Of a stretch of 64,000 nucleotides of DNA, positions 1-10,816 are shown in pieces; positions within the stretch are counted from its first letter, which is position 1, and each line of letters opens with the position of its first letter. The position numbers and the translations under genes were made by a program. The stretch spans positions 32,001 through 96,000 of the forward strand of contig RDOA01000002.1 of assembly GCA_011364925.1 (NCBI GenBank). Direction: 5' to 3'. Source of the DNA: Promethearchaeota archaeon. Lineage in GTDB: Archaea > Asgardarchaeota > Lokiarchaeia > Sigyniarchaeales > SOKP01. The notes beneath the pieces were generated by a model, which did not search any database, was not told where the DNA came from, and saw nothing but the letters and a program-made list of their open reading frames with translations.

Positions 1-122
1 AGCCTAATTAATCTCCGATCTTCCATATTATCAACAAAATAATGATAAATTTTAGTACTTAAATACCTTTTTATATTAAATTATTATAAAGTACTAATTC
101 TGTTACATTCGGTTCGTGAATT

Positions 123-701
123 ATGTTTATTCTAGATGCATCTAATATTAAAGAGGCAAGGATAACAATATTTCTAATTTCTATCAATGTATTCTTATAT
201 GTTTTTTTTTTATTTACATCTGAGGATGTGGTTTTCCTTTTTGTTCAAATTAACAGTAGAATAATATACGATTTAGAGATATGGCGCCTTTTTACGGCGA
301 TGTTCTTACATGGAGACGCTCTCCACCTCTTTTCTAACATGATAGCGCTTTTAATTTTTGGGGCATATATTGAGTCAAATTATTCTAAATATCAATTTGT
401 CACAATTTATTTCTTGTCTGGGTTGATGGGGAATATTTTCTCAGTGATATTATTACCTCCATATACAATAAGCCTTGGAGCATCGGGTGCGATATTTGGT
501 TTAATTGGTGCGGCGTTTTTAATAATAATTCTTCGGCGAGATACTCCTCTAATCTTCATCGGATTACTCTACGTTTTCTATTTTATATTTTCATCCTTCT
601 CTCCTCAAATTAACTATTTTGCTCACATTTTTGGTTTAATTGGAGGATTCATACTCGGATATCTTTTTAAGAGGAGTAAAAATTATTTTAAGAGATACTA
701 A
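123..701 (+). CDS. Rhomboid family intramembrane serine protease
   Basis: WR motif (IWRLFT), H..H..SN, catalytic GASG and FAHIFG; multiple TM helices. Confidence 0.93.
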   Translation: MFILDASNIKEARITIFLISINVFLYVFFLFTSEDVVFLFVQINSRIIYDLEIWRLFTAMFLHGDALHLFSNMIALLIFGAYIESNYSKYQFVTIYFLSGLMGNIFSVILLPPYTISLGASGAIFGLIGAAFLIIILRRDTPLIFIGLLYVFYFIFSSFSPQINYFAHIFGLIGGFILGYLFKRSKNYFKRY

Positions 702-703
702 GA

Positions 704-1369
704 TTATTTTTTATTCTTATTCTTTTTTCGAGCTAATTCCATAGAGAAGTCTTTCTTACATAATGTCTCGATCGGACACAGATCGCATTTGGGACGACTT
801 GGAAGACAAACCTCTTGACCAAATCGGACAAATAACCTGTTTACACGAATCCATTGATTTTTGGGGATAAGTTCTTTCAGCGCTTTTTCCGTTTCTTCGG
901 GTATTTTTGTTTTTACCCATCCTAATCTATTTGGAATTCTATGCACGTGAGTGTCTACAGGAATTGCTGGAATTTTGAAAGCATACACTAAAACACAATT
1001 TGCAGTTTTTGCTCCAACACCAGGTAGCGATAATAACTCTTCAAAATCGTCCGGAACGATACCATCATATTTATTATTGATTATTTGGGAAACTTCTTTA
1101 ATTCGAGCGGCTTTTACCTTGTAAAATCCTGCTTTAAAGATCAATTTTTCTAATTCTTCTACCTCAGCATTTGCTATAAGTTCTGGAGTATCATATTTTG
1201 CGAATAAGGTCCTTGTCGCTTCCTCTGTGTTTAAATCTCTCGTTCTAGCCGATAAAATCGTGGAAATTAGAATTTTAAATGGGTCTTGCTTTTTTCGTGC
1301 TAGTTGATCCAAATGAGCTTCGCCCGTTAATGACGAATTGATTATATCTAAGATCTCTTTATAACTCAT
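704..1369 (-). CDS. nth: Endonuclease III (HhH-GPD DNA glycosylase/AP lyase)
   Basis: LPGVGAKTA HhH, VDTHVHR, C-x6-C-x2-C-x5-C 4Fe-4S motif. Confidence 0.95.
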   Translation of the reverse strand: MSYKEILDIINSSLTGEAHLDQLARKKQDPFKILISTILSARTRDLNTEEATRTLFAKYDTPELIANAEVEELEKLIFKAGFYKVKAARIKEVSQIINNKYDGIVPDDFEELLSLPGVGAKTANCVLVYAFKIPAIPVDTHVHRIPNRLGWVKTKIPEETEKALKELIPKNQWIRVNRLFVRFGQEVCLPSRPKCDLCPIETLCKKDFSMELARKKNKNKK

Positions 1370-1381
1370 CAGTTTAACAAA

Positions 1382-2785
1382 TTAATTTTCTTTTTCAAAA
1401 ACATATATTTTTCTTTTAACAATCTGTCCTTTTTTGGCATCTATCATAGTATTTACATTTTTTCGCTGAAATTGAAGCTTTTGATTAGATTTATTTGCTA
1501 TTCGATTCAAATCCAGTAATAATATATGGTTGAAATTATATTTCTTTGCAAGTTCTTCGACGTTAAGCGTAAGATCACCACCATCAACAGTACTGATAAT
1601 TGGTGCAACAATACTGATTCTTGCTTTTGGTTTTAATACTTTATAAGCTTCTCGAAAAGTAGCTTCAAATATTGGTACTAGTTTTGAATCGATTAATTCT
1701 TTTGTTTCAGTATAATAAGGTTTTTGATTGTAAAATGGCCCCAATTCAGGCTCGCTTGCTATTCCATCGAATTTTTCCGAACCAAAAATAGAAGACAACT
1801 TGGTAATATCCGTTTGTCTAATTTGTTCATTTAACAAGAATGGGATTGGTTCGTCAAGTTCGTTTAATAACCAGTTAAGATTACGTATGGTGTTTTTTAC
1901 TTTAATATCGTCAATATCAGAACCATATATCTGAAATTCTTCAATTAATGCAAACAATAAAATGGTACCATTACCTACGAATGGATCTAAAATCTTTTTT
2001 TTCTCTCTTTCCTCGAATAAATTCAAGAAATTTAACATAATTAAAGCTAATTTTGGTGAAATGGCGCTTTTAAACTCCTTAAAAGGCCTTTCTTCATCGA
2101 TTTTCTTCTTAAAGTTTGGATCATCGCAAGTTAATGTTCTCGCAATATAAAAACCTTCTTCAGTGAGTCCAAAAATTATTTCTGCTCTATCTTTATTGAA
2201 TAATCCGTATTTAATGATATGGTGTGGGAAGATTGGATTAAGGTTACCCGATTTGATATTTTCCTCTGGATATTGATAATAGAGCGATTTTTTAGCCCCT
2301 AATTCAATTACTAATGCCATAATTTCCTTATTTAAAAAGGGAAGAAAATGTTTTACTAATACTTCCGAATAATACGCGTCATCGTATAGATTAGGATAAA
2401 TCGAAACCGCAAAGAAAATACTTTCATTTTTAATATTTGTAAAAATTTTTGGAAGAGAATCACGCATAACTCCGTTAATTTTATTTCTTTCAGTTTCTAT
2501 TAGTTTAAATTTCTCAACTTTAAGAGGGAATGCTTTAAACATCGTCTGAATGTCAACAAAATCGTAAATCTCTGCAATTTTTTGACATCCACCCAATAAG
2601 TATTGAACTTCCATTAAATCGTTTATGTAATACTTGTTTTTATGTAAAGTTTCAAACTCTACAATTGCAATGTTAGCAGAATAGTCTGTAATTCGTCCTT
2701 TTATTTGCGAGTTCTTCAAAAAATTATCGAGTTCAGCTAAAGACAATTGCCAATTTGATCCTAAAACAAATAAGAATCGATTCAT
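1382..2785 (-). CDS. Trm11/TrmG10-like SAM-dependent RNA methyltransferase
   Basis: ISPKLALIMLN, ILDPFVGNGT SAM motif, GSDID, SEPELG (NPPY-like). Confidence 0.75.
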   Translation of the reverse strand: MNRFLFVLGSNWQLSLAELDNFLKNSQIKGRITDYSANIAIVEFETLHKNKYYINDLMEVQYLLGGCQKIAEIYDFVDIQTMFKAFPLKVEKFKLIETERNKINGVMRDSLPKIFTNIKNESIFFAVSIYPNLYDDAYYSEVLVKHFLPFLNKEIMALVIELGAKKSLYYQYPEENIKSGNLNPIFPHHIIKYGLFNKDRAEIIFGLTEEGFYIARTLTCDDPNFKKKIDEERPFKEFKSAISPKLALIMLNFLNLFEEREKKKILDPFVGNGTILLFALIEEFQIYGSDIDDIKVKNTIRNLNWLLNELDEPIPFLLNEQIRQTDITKLSSIFGSEKFDGIASEPELGPFYNQKPYYTETKELIDSKLVPIFEATFREAYKVLKPKARISIVAPIISTVDGGDLTLNVEELAKKYNFNHILLLDLNRIANKSNQKLQFQRKNVNTMIDAKKGQIVKRKIYVFEKEN

Positions 2786-2860
2786 AATGCTTCAAAAATA
2801 GAGTTCTTGGTTTTGAAAAACGAAGCATTTTATTTTTAGTTTTAGATTACGATTAATAAG

Positions 2861-4117
2861 TTATTTAAGATCTAAAACATATCTTACTATTTTTATAATG
2901 TCTGCTTTATGAACATTATTAGGTAGATTTATTTCGTGCTTTTTACAAAAATCTTTTAGTTCTTTTACGGTTAAAGTATTCAGATCTTCAGGCAACTCCT
3001 CAACTAACTCAAGCAACTCTTCATCTTTCATTTCTTCCTCGGTAATATTACGTTCATATTTTTCTCCTGAGATATCCTCTATTGCACTTATGATATCCTC
3101 TAAGTCTTCTTTTGTCCTCTTAGGAATTAAAGTGATTACTTTTTCTTCTTCCACTACTTCAGGAATTTTTTTTGGTTGACTACTTATTTGGTATCTATCA
3201 AATCGTTTGTCCTTTAGTTCTTTCATAATGGTTTTATAATTATCTTTAAAATACTTCAAACTAACATTCAATACATCTGAGAAATTGTCCCATTTCTTTC
3301 TTTTAACAAGTGAATCTGCCCAGTGAAATAAATCTCTTTGAATATCGACTGTTATTACCTTTCCTTCTGCTGTAACATCTAAAGTGAGCCAACGTAATAT
3401 ATTGGCTATAATTAAATCGTTATCAAACGCAGAAAATCCGTATTCTCTTCCAAGTGACGAGAATATAGAAAGCGTTCCAAACGCAACTACTTGACCGTTA
3501 TAATACTCGGATGTTAACATTAATGGGATTTTAGGGCAATCCTCTTCGAGCCATTCATTACCATCGAAATATTTTCTCCAACAATTTAGACCTCCTCTTA
3601 CCAAGACTTCAATTTTTATATCTTTTTCTTTTTCTCCAAGCTTTAGTGTACCTAATGAACATGTGTTTGATAAAACGATTTTTTGAACATTTTCCGTGAT
3701 GTAATGAGGTTTAAAATCAGATAATAATGGTCTCTTCTGCAAATTAACGTAATTAACTGAATCGTTAATTTCATCTGCCATGAACTCAAATCCAAAATTT
3801 CGTGTTAACTCGTTGATATTTGTTCTATTGATGTATTCTCCTCCTCGAGAACCTACGATAAGTAAACTTCCCCCAGTTCTTACATATTCCTCTAATACTT
3901 CTATTTCTTTTGGAGTTAAGTTGATATTTTTAGGTATTGACATTACAATAGCACTATAATTTTTCACTTTTTCCAATGAATGGAATCCCGCTTCAATTTT
4001 CCCTAATTTATAAGCAGACGTAAATAGGAACTGTGTGAAATCCGCATAACTCGAAGCTTCAAGTGATAGCATGTTGTTATGGCTATAGTCTAAACCTACA
4101 AAAATATCGCTATTCAA
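2861..4117 (-). CDS. GIFT (IFT52/GldG-like) domain protein with putative RHH segment and C-terminal Rho_N/SAP-like HeH domain
   Basis: DYSHNN..., EEYVRTGGSLLIVG, NINELTRNFGF, GQVVAFG typical of GIFT domains; C-terminal LTVKELKDFCKKHEI...KADII; TTG start. Confidence 0.65.
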   Translation of the reverse strand: MNSDIFVGLDYSHNNMLSLEASSYADFTQFLFTSAYKLGKIEAGFHSLEKVKNYSAIVMSIPKNINLTPKEIEVLEEYVRTGGSLLIVGSRGGEYINRTNINELTRNFGFEFMADEINDSVNYVNLQKRPLLSDFKPHYITENVQKIVLSNTCSLGTLKLGEKEKDIKIEVLVRGGLNCWRKYFDGNEWLEEDCPKIPLMLTSEYYNGQVVAFGTLSIFSSLGREYGFSAFDNDLIIANILRWLTLDVTAEGKVITVDIQRDLFHWADSLVKRKKWDNFSDVLNVSLKYFKDNYKTIMKELKDKRFDRYQISSQPKKIPEVVEEEKVITLIPKRTKEDLEDIISAIEDISGEKYERNITEEEMKDEELLELVEELPEDLNTLTVKELKDFCKKHEINLPNNVHKADIIKIVRYVLDLK

Positions 4118-4281
4118 AATAAATCATCCTAATTTTAAGTGCCTTCAAAAATATAATAATTTCTACTTTTATATATTTACAGTATGTTTCTCACTTTTCG
4201 ACTCAATTCGTATTCTATTTAAATATACATTAATGCAATTTTAGAGAAAAAACTAGTCATAATAAATAAAAAAAAAAGGAT

Positions 4282-5370
4282 TTAAATTTTAATCTTTATG
4301 TCCCATTTAGCTAAAAGCATAGCGATTCCTGCTTCAATTGCGATTGGTAGAACTCCCACAAGGATCATGACTATAAAGGGATTCGCAACACGTAGCTCTG
4401 CTCCAAAAAGACCTATCGCAAGATCGAACACGAATGTGAATATAAACAAGAGTAACATATTTCTACCCATTTCTGAAAGCACTGGTACTTTAAACTCCAA
4501 TTTTTCAAAACCGTAGAAAACTGCGATTAAGAAGCCAGACGTTGCAATTGCTAAACAAGCAAGGGAAGTTGTCGCGTCGTGATGTTCCGCTGGCTGGATC
4601 CAATCAAAACAATAGAAAATAATTATGAAAATTGTAGATACTGGTAATATTCTCTTTTTAAAACCAACTTTAGGGTCATTGGAGTCCATTTTATACCATT
4701 GAGAGAAACAAGTCGCCGCAATAGCAATAGCGGCATGGTTCAAAGAATTAAACGGAAAAGGAATAGTTCCGCCACCAAATCCCTTGTGTTCGAATACTGG
4801 AAGTGTATACAAAACTGCGTGAATAATCAAGATTCCAAGACTTACACATAATCTCTTGTCAGCACTCTTAGGCATCAAATAAGTGAGTAAATATGCAGCA
4901 AAACTCCCTATTGCTATATTTGCTAAAGTACCATACCATAATACTTCATCCCACGGAATTCCATCACCAGAAAGTAAACCTCCAAATAATCCATTAACTA
5001 AAAATGCTAGACAATATAATATTGCCACGCGTATAATTCCGTGTTTCCAAGCAGCTCTAACGCCCTTTTTTTCTCTTCTACTTGTAAAAGCTAAATAAGC
5101 AACAAAACCTAAAACAAACATAAAAATTTGCTGACCGATGTCAATAATAGTAATTAAAGCAGGATTTCCGTTGTAATATTTAAAACCATGGTTTAAAAGA
5201 GGAGGTCCTACTGGAGGAATGGAACCTGGAAAATTACCTGATAATGGCCAAGTAATCACCGATATAATGAGGAAAATTATAATCAATCCTCGAAATTGAT
5301 CTAACCACTCGTACCGCACATGCAATTTCTTCTTATTTAATTTTTCTTCTTTAGTTGCTTCTTCTGTCAT
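4282..5370 (-). CDS. HGSNAT/DUF1624-like membrane acyltransferase
   Basis: N-terminal RYEWLDQFRGL motif, FMFVLG, about 10 TM helices. Confidence 0.65.
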   Translation of the reverse strand: MTEEATKEEKLNKKKLHVRYEWLDQFRGLIIIFLIISVITWPLSGNFPGSIPPVGPPLLNHGFKYYNGNPALITIIDIGQQIFMFVLGFVAYLAFTSRREKKGVRAAWKHGIIRVAILYCLAFLVNGLFGGLLSGDGIPWDEVLWYGTLANIAIGSFAAYLLTYLMPKSADKRLCVSLGILIIHAVLYTLPVFEHKGFGGGTIPFPFNSLNHAAIAIAATCFSQWYKMDSNDPKVGFKKRILPVSTIFIIIFYCFDWIQPAEHHDATTSLACLAIATSGFLIAVFYGFEKLEFKVPVLSEMGRNMLLLFIFTFVFDLAIGLFGAELRVANPFIVMILVGVLPIAIEAGIAMLLAKWDIKIKI

Positions 5371-5527
5371 TTTATATCAAATTTCCATTTGATTTCAGTT
5401 TATAAAAGTAAATTTTGTATTTACTAGTTTCGATGCTTTTACATTTAAAAGTATCTCCTCAAAAAAGAGTAAACTTATTATAAGATTAGAACGAAATAAA
5501 ATTATTTTAATAGATTATTAAAAAAGC

Positions 5528-6994
5528 GTGGTAAATATGAAGAAAAGAGAGTTGGTTTCTATATTTTTCTTATTATCATTAATTCTTATCATTATAATGG
5601 ACAGTGCTCTATTTCTACCCAACGAAATATTAATTATTGCTGATTTGGGAATACAAATTAATGCCATTGGTATTATTATAAGCATTTATACAATTGTAAA
5701 CGGTATCTCTATTTTAGTGTTTGGTTATTTAACCGATACGATTGATAGAAGGAAAATTTTAATCTTAGCAGGAGCAATGTGGTCAATTACGGCAATATTG
5801 CACCTCTTTGTCGAACAATTTTGGCAGTTGCTCCTTGTCAGAATTGTAGCAGCTATCGCAGTAAGTGTAACTACTCCGCTTGTAGTTTCGTATTTATCTG
5901 ATATAATCTCGTCAGATTCTCGCTCAAAATCTTTCGCATTTTGGGGTTTGGTATCAAATATTGGGACATTAGCAGCAGCAGTATTAGCGTTAGCATTTAA
6001 TGTAATTAATTTCGAAGCTATACCTGAGATATATACGACGCTTCCCCAACAAGTCGGTTATATTGTACTTACATATCCAAATGAGCTTTATACTTGGCGT
6101 TTACCCTATTTTTATCTTGGGATTATTGCTCTTATCTTAACAGCTTTTAATTTCTTCGTTACCATAGAGCCTAAAAGGGGAGCAAAAGAAAAACAATTTA
6201 AAAAAGTTTTTTTAGATGATAGCTTCCGTTATTCCTACAAAATTAAATTTTCAGATTTAAAATTCATCTTCAAAAGGAAGTCAAACTTCTTCCTTATATT
6301 TAACTTCTTTGATGTGATTGCTTCAGGATTAATATTAGCTTATCTTTTCCCATATATTAATGTTGATCTTCGCGCTAATGTAAGTAATATCAAAATTATT
6401 ATTCTATTTCTTTTTATAATAATCATGGGGTTAATTGTTGGACAATTTTGGCTTGCTCATTGGGGAGATAAAAGGGTTAAGCGAGGAGATCTTTCCGGAA
6501 GGGTAAAAGTCGCAGTTATTTGTTCGATTTTGAATTTACCATTCTTTTTAATTGGATTTGCTATGACTCCCAACATTGCAAATTCAACTTTTTTCTTTGG
6601 AATTTTAGCGGTCAATGAAATTGAATTTTGGGTTTTATGGCTAGTCTATTGTACACTCCTTGGTTTAGGTCTTGCTTTTACTATGGGAATTGGTCCCAAT
6701 TGGTATAGTTCTCTTATCGATGTTAATTTTCCGGAGAACCGAGGTACTATGGTTGCCGTTGGATCTTTTGTTGATTCTATAGGGCGAGCTTTAGGGGCAG
6801 CAATAGGAGGTTTCATGTATACTTTCACAGGAAGTTTTTCTGCTACTATCTTTTGGTCGCTTCTAATATTTGGGATATTCTCAACTTGTCTTTGGATTCC
6901 GCTTTTCTTTACCGCTAAGAAAGATTATTTAGCAATTAACAAAGAAATGGAGTTAAGAGCGTTATCACTAAGCAAAAGACAAACTGAAGCCTAA
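5528..6994 (+). CDS. MFS transporter
   Basis: GYLTDTIDRRK motif A, second-repeat WGDK, about 12 TM helices. Confidence 0.9.
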   Translation: MVNMKKRELVSIFFLLSLILIIIMDSALFLPNEILIIADLGIQINAIGIIISIYTIVNGISILVFGYLTDTIDRRKILILAGAMWSITAILHLFVEQFWQLLLVRIVAAIAVSVTTPLVVSYLSDIISSDSRSKSFAFWGLVSNIGTLAAAVLALAFNVINFEAIPEIYTTLPQQVGYIVLTYPNELYTWRLPYFYLGIIALILTAFNFFVTIEPKRGAKEKQFKKVFLDDSFRYSYKIKFSDLKFIFKRKSNFFLIFNFFDVIASGLILAYLFPYINVDLRANVSNIKIIILFLFIIIMGLIVGQFWLAHWGDKRVKRGDLSGRVKVAVICSILNLPFFLIGFAMTPNIANSTFFFGILAVNEIEFWVLWLVYCTLLGLGLAFTMGIGPNWYSSLIDVNFPENRGTMVAVGSFVDSIGRALGAAIGGFMYTFTGSFSATIFWSLLIFGIFSTCLWIPLFFTAKKDYLAINKEMELRALSLSKRQTEA

Positions 6995-7773
6995 TGAGTC
7001 CTTAGTGCTTCTTCCTTAATTGAAAGCAATTTTTTGCTCCATTTTGGAAGGATGAATCCAATGTAAAAAAAGAAATTTGCTAAAACTAATAGTATTCTAA
7101 TTATTAGTAATAAAACAGGAGTCATCTCAATGATTGCATCGAAAATAGCAGAAATCCCAAAAAGTAAAAAACCTACGAAAAGAAACCTACCCTTCCATCT
7201 AATCTCGATATTTTCCTCCTTTTTCATAGAATTCAATGCAAAATGAACACCAGTTACACATGCGGTTAATATACTTACACCTAAAAATACCAATACAAAT
7301 CCCTTATAATCCATATCCATTAAATTTGTTGGATCGGGAAAAACACCTAGTAATGAGTTTATGGGTGCTCCTGGAGCGAAGATGAGAAAATAAAAGAGAT
7401 ACACTTCGAAAAAAATTGAAGCCACTCCATATATGAGTAGTAATAACTTCTTTTTATCTGGTTTTAAAGTAGTTGTGTAAACATTCAACCAAGCTAAAAT
7501 AGCAATAGGCACACCTACCATACCTACGAGAACATATACTGGGTAATTCAAGAATGCTCCTCGAGTGAGAACCCAATAAAGATATCCCACTCCACTAGAA
7601 TACCAAGGAGATGATGTAAAAACGATACATAAAAAGAAATTAAAGATTAAAAATTGTCTAGTTTTAATATATTTTATTAAAACGATTAAACTTAAAATAG
7701 TAGTTATTACGACTGAAATAAAGGCAGTTAAACCTGAAATTTGTGCTAATTCACTTAATACTTGAAAAATCAT
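6991..7773 (-). CDS. Seven-TM membrane protein of unknown function
   Basis: About 7 hydrophobic segments; same layout as 29132-29857. Confidence 0.7.
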   Translation of the reverse strand: MIFQVLSELAQISGLTAFISVVITTILSLIVLIKYIKTRQFLIFNFFLCIVFTSSPWYSSGVGYLYWVLTRGAFLNYPVYVLVGMVGVPIAILAWLNVYTTTLKPDKKKLLLLIYGVASIFFEVYLFYFLIFAPGAPINSLLGVFPDPTNLMDMDYKGFVLVFLGVSILTACVTGVHFALNSMKKEENIEIRWKGRFLFVGFLLFGISAIFDAIIEMTPVLLLIIRILLVLANFFFYIGFILPKWSKKLLSIKEEALRTH

Positions 7774-7885
7774 TTTTTCTTCCTCGACTTTATTGATCCT
7801 CTAATCAAAAGTTAAAACTACCATAATAACAAAATTAAGTTAATTTAAATTTATTTTTCAGCAAAAAGAAATTAAATTAACAAAC

Positions 7886-8797
7886 TCAGTTTTTAAATAC
7901 ATTTATATCGAAAACTACATGGTATAAACCAGGACCATAACTTTTTACAAATCTTTTTGCTAATAAAACGCTTTCAAATCCGCTTGTTTTGGCAATATCT
8001 TTAAACTCATTAAATAAATCTAAATAACTCTCCTTATCAACGACTCCCTCATAATGATAAATTGTATCTTTCAACTTGGCTAGAGTTAATGCTTCGCTTA
8101 TAAAATCTTTTGGCGCTGGGAATATACCCATAATAACACGATCTGCTCTAACGCCTGCATTGCTTAACTTTATCGCTTCTTCCTTACTATCACCATTAAT
8201 TGCAGTTATAATCCCCTCGAAATGGTTAAGGCTAATATTTTTAACCAAAAATTTATAAGCTTCGGGATTCAACTCTATACTATAAATTTTTTTAGGTTTT
8301 GAGTGTTTAGCGATAGGTAAAGAAAAATAACCAATACCAGCAAACATATCAACGATTATTTCACCATCTTTTACTAAAGTTGCTAAATATTTGCGTTCAT
8401 TAATGTTTCCTTGACTGAACATTATTTTAGTGATATCAAATTGATATCTTATCCCATGTTCTTTATGCTCTACAATTGGATTTTCCTCTCCTAGTAGATA
8501 TTTTATATTTTCAGGTTCTCTAAATTGACCTTTAATCGCACCTAAATTTAGATATACTGATTTAACATAATTTGGCAATATTTCTAAGTATTTCTCAGCT
8601 ATTAGAGTCTTTTTTTCCATTAATTTAGGGTTAAGTTTTAAAATTACAATATGACCTATAGTCTGAAACCCTCTAGGTAATAGCGCTAGTTCTTCCTCTG
8701 TTAGTTCGTCTTTCAATTTTTCTTTTAAATTTGCCTTTGATCCCATTTCCTTTCGTTCTACTGTAATGTCATTAGAATTAAATTTAATGTATATCAA
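7886..8797 (-). CDS. taw2: Met-10+/Trm5 family protein, probably Taw2-like wyosine aminocarboxypropyltransferase
   Basis: LPRGFQTIGH, KIMFSQGN, DMFAGIGYFSLP, ADRVIMG, IYHY; true start may be the internal MGSKAN. Confidence 0.7.
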   Translation of the reverse strand: MIYIKFNSNDITVERKEMGSKANLKEKLKDELTEEELALLPRGFQTIGHIVILKLNPKLMEKKTLIAEKYLEILPNYVKSVYLNLGAIKGQFREPENIKYLLGEENPIVEHKEHGIRYQFDITKIMFSQGNINERKYLATLVKDGEIIVDMFAGIGYFSLPIAKHSKPKKIYSIELNPEAYKFLVKNISLNHFEGIITAINGDSKEEAIKLSNAGVRADRVIMGIFPAPKDFISEALTLAKLKDTIYHYEGVVDKESYLDLFNEFKDIAKTSGFESVLLAKRFVKSYGPGLYHVVFDINVFKN

Positions 8798-8873
8798 ACA
8801 TATTAAAATAAAGAAATATTTTACTTTTTAACTAAATTTACATCATGAATTTACTTAAAAATGATGAATAAAT

Positions 8874-10733
8874 ATGCCAAGTTTAGAAGATAAAGAATTT
8901 TTAGTAGATGAAAATAAAGTATGGTTTACTGAAGGATATTGGCCAGAGGGGGTTCCGCACCAGCTAAAGGATGTAGAAGAAGTCAAAATTCTACCATTGT
9001 GGGATTATTTCATAGATGCTGCTAATATGTATGAAACGTGGGATCAAGATTTATGTATTTTTGCCTATGGGCCATATATTGAACGCGTAAAACTTAAGAC
9101 TCTATTTGACTACGCGAAGAAATTTGGAACATTTCTCTATGATACCTTAGGAATTAGAAGGGGAGATGTGGTGGCAATTGATCTCCCAAACTCTATAAAT
9201 TTCGTTGTAGCCTATATGGGATGTCAATACATAGGTGCTGTAGCACAAGGGATAAATCCTACATATCGCCCTATGGAACTTTTACATTCTTTGACTATGA
9301 CAAAAGCGAAAGTATTAGTGCTAATGGATATGTTATACATAGCTGGCCCGAGTACAATTTTGCCGAAAACGAGTGTGAAATATTTAATTCCATCTAACTT
9401 TGTTGATTTTCTTACTGCTGATGAAGCGATTATTGAAAAATTAGGTATCCCGAATGCAAAAGATAAGATTCCCGATGAGACTGAGCACTACAAAATTTAC
9501 TGGATGGAAAAGATTATCAAAGAAACAGAACCAAAAGAAATAAAAGTTGAGATTGAACCTTGGACAGATCCTGCAGTCTATTTAATGACTGGGGGTACCA
9601 CGGGACTACCGAAAGTTGCGATGCTTTCACATGCTAATCTAAGTGCTAATCTAAATATGATTAAAGATTGGACAGGTATTGGAGCCGGTGTTGTGACCCT
9701 CGGTATTATCCCCTTCTTTCATAGTTTTGGTATGACATGTGTTATGAATGCTGCTCTTGGAATAGGAATGGTTATGCTACTCTTCCCAAAGCCACCCTCA
9801 GATGAAATTTTATGCGAAGCAGTAAATAGAATCGAAGCTCCAGAAGGAATGATATATACAGGTGTCGAAATGTGGTTTAAAAGGTTTACAGATTTTATAC
9901 AAGAGATGGGTGTCGATGAATTTAAGAAGAAGTATGATTTTTGGAAGAAACTAAAATACGCTACACAAGGTGCAGGTCCCTTACATTCTTATGTACAAGA
10001 GCCTTTTGAGTCAATATTTTGCCCTATTCGTGCTGGATATGGTTTAACGGAGAGTTCACCTGTTCACAGTGTTGCGCCTTTCTGGGGTCCAACTAAGGAT
10101 GGAAAACTAGGATTACCAGTACCAGGCGCAGATTGGGCAATATTTCCATCCGATAACTTTGAAGCAGGACCTATATGTGACGGAACTAAAGAACTTGGAG
10201 GTTTTGGAGTTGAAAATACAGGAGAAATATGTTTAGCAGGTCCACACATTATGTTAGGTTATTTAGGAGAACAAAAAGAACAAGAAGATAACTTAAAATA
10301 CTGGGGTGGAAAACGTTGGCTTCTTACCGGTGATATTGGCTTCATGGACGAAGATGGTTGGGTGGAAATCCGAGATCGTAAAAAATCTCTAATTAAAGTC
10401 TCTGGACATTCTGTATTTCCAAAGGAAGTTGAAGAACTTATGGGAAATCATCCTGCAATTGATGAGGTTGCAGTCGCTGGTTTACCAGATGATCAAACTG
10501 GAGAAAAAGTTAAAGCGTGGATAACTCTTAAGCAAGGTTATAAAGTAGGGAAAAATATTGAAGTTGAGGATATTAAAGCATGGTGTCTAGAAAACATGGC
10601 TAAATGGAAGACTCCTAGATTAATTGAAGTCGTTCGAAGCCTACCTGTTTCTCAGACTGGTAAAGTTCAGAGAAGAGAATTACAAGAAAAAGACTTAGAG
10701 AGATTAGAAAAAGGCAGAGATATCAAAGGTTAG
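8874..10733 (+). CDS. Long-chain fatty acid-CoA ligase (AMP-forming)
   Basis: YLMTGGTTGLPK, GYGLTES, TGDIG, DRKK, terminal TGKVQR motifs. Confidence 0.9.
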   Translation: MPSLEDKEFLVDENKVWFTEGYWPEGVPHQLKDVEEVKILPLWDYFIDAANMYETWDQDLCIFAYGPYIERVKLKTLFDYAKKFGTFLYDTLGIRRGDVVAIDLPNSINFVVAYMGCQYIGAVAQGINPTYRPMELLHSLTMTKAKVLVLMDMLYIAGPSTILPKTSVKYLIPSNFVDFLTADEAIIEKLGIPNAKDKIPDETEHYKIYWMEKIIKETEPKEIKVEIEPWTDPAVYLMTGGTTGLPKVAMLSHANLSANLNMIKDWTGIGAGVVTLGIIPFFHSFGMTCVMNAALGIGMVMLLFPKPPSDEILCEAVNRIEAPEGMIYTGVEMWFKRFTDFIQEMGVDEFKKKYDFWKKLKYATQGAGPLHSYVQEPFESIFCPIRAGYGLTESSPVHSVAPFWGPTKDGKLGLPVPGADWAIFPSDNFEAGPICDGTKELGGFGVENTGEICLAGPHIMLGYLGEQKEQEDNLKYWGGKRWLLTGDIGFMDEDGWVEIRDRKKSLIKVSGHSVFPKEVEELMGNHPAIDEVAVAGLPDDQTGEKVKAWITLKQGYKVGKNIEVEDIKAWCLENMAKWKTPRLIEVVRSLPVSQTGKVQRRELQEKDLERLEKGRDIKG

Positions 10734-10739
10734 TTAGTA

Positions 10740-10758
10740 TTTTTTTTTTTTATTTTTC
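10740..10758 (+). terminator. Oligo-T tract, candidate archaeal terminator
   Basis: Long T-run a few bases after the acyl-CoA ligase stop codon. Confidence 0.45.
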
Positions 10759-10816
10759 ATTATATTTTATTTTTAACTCATATTATACTTGAACTAATAC
10801 ATAAGAAGATGTAAGC

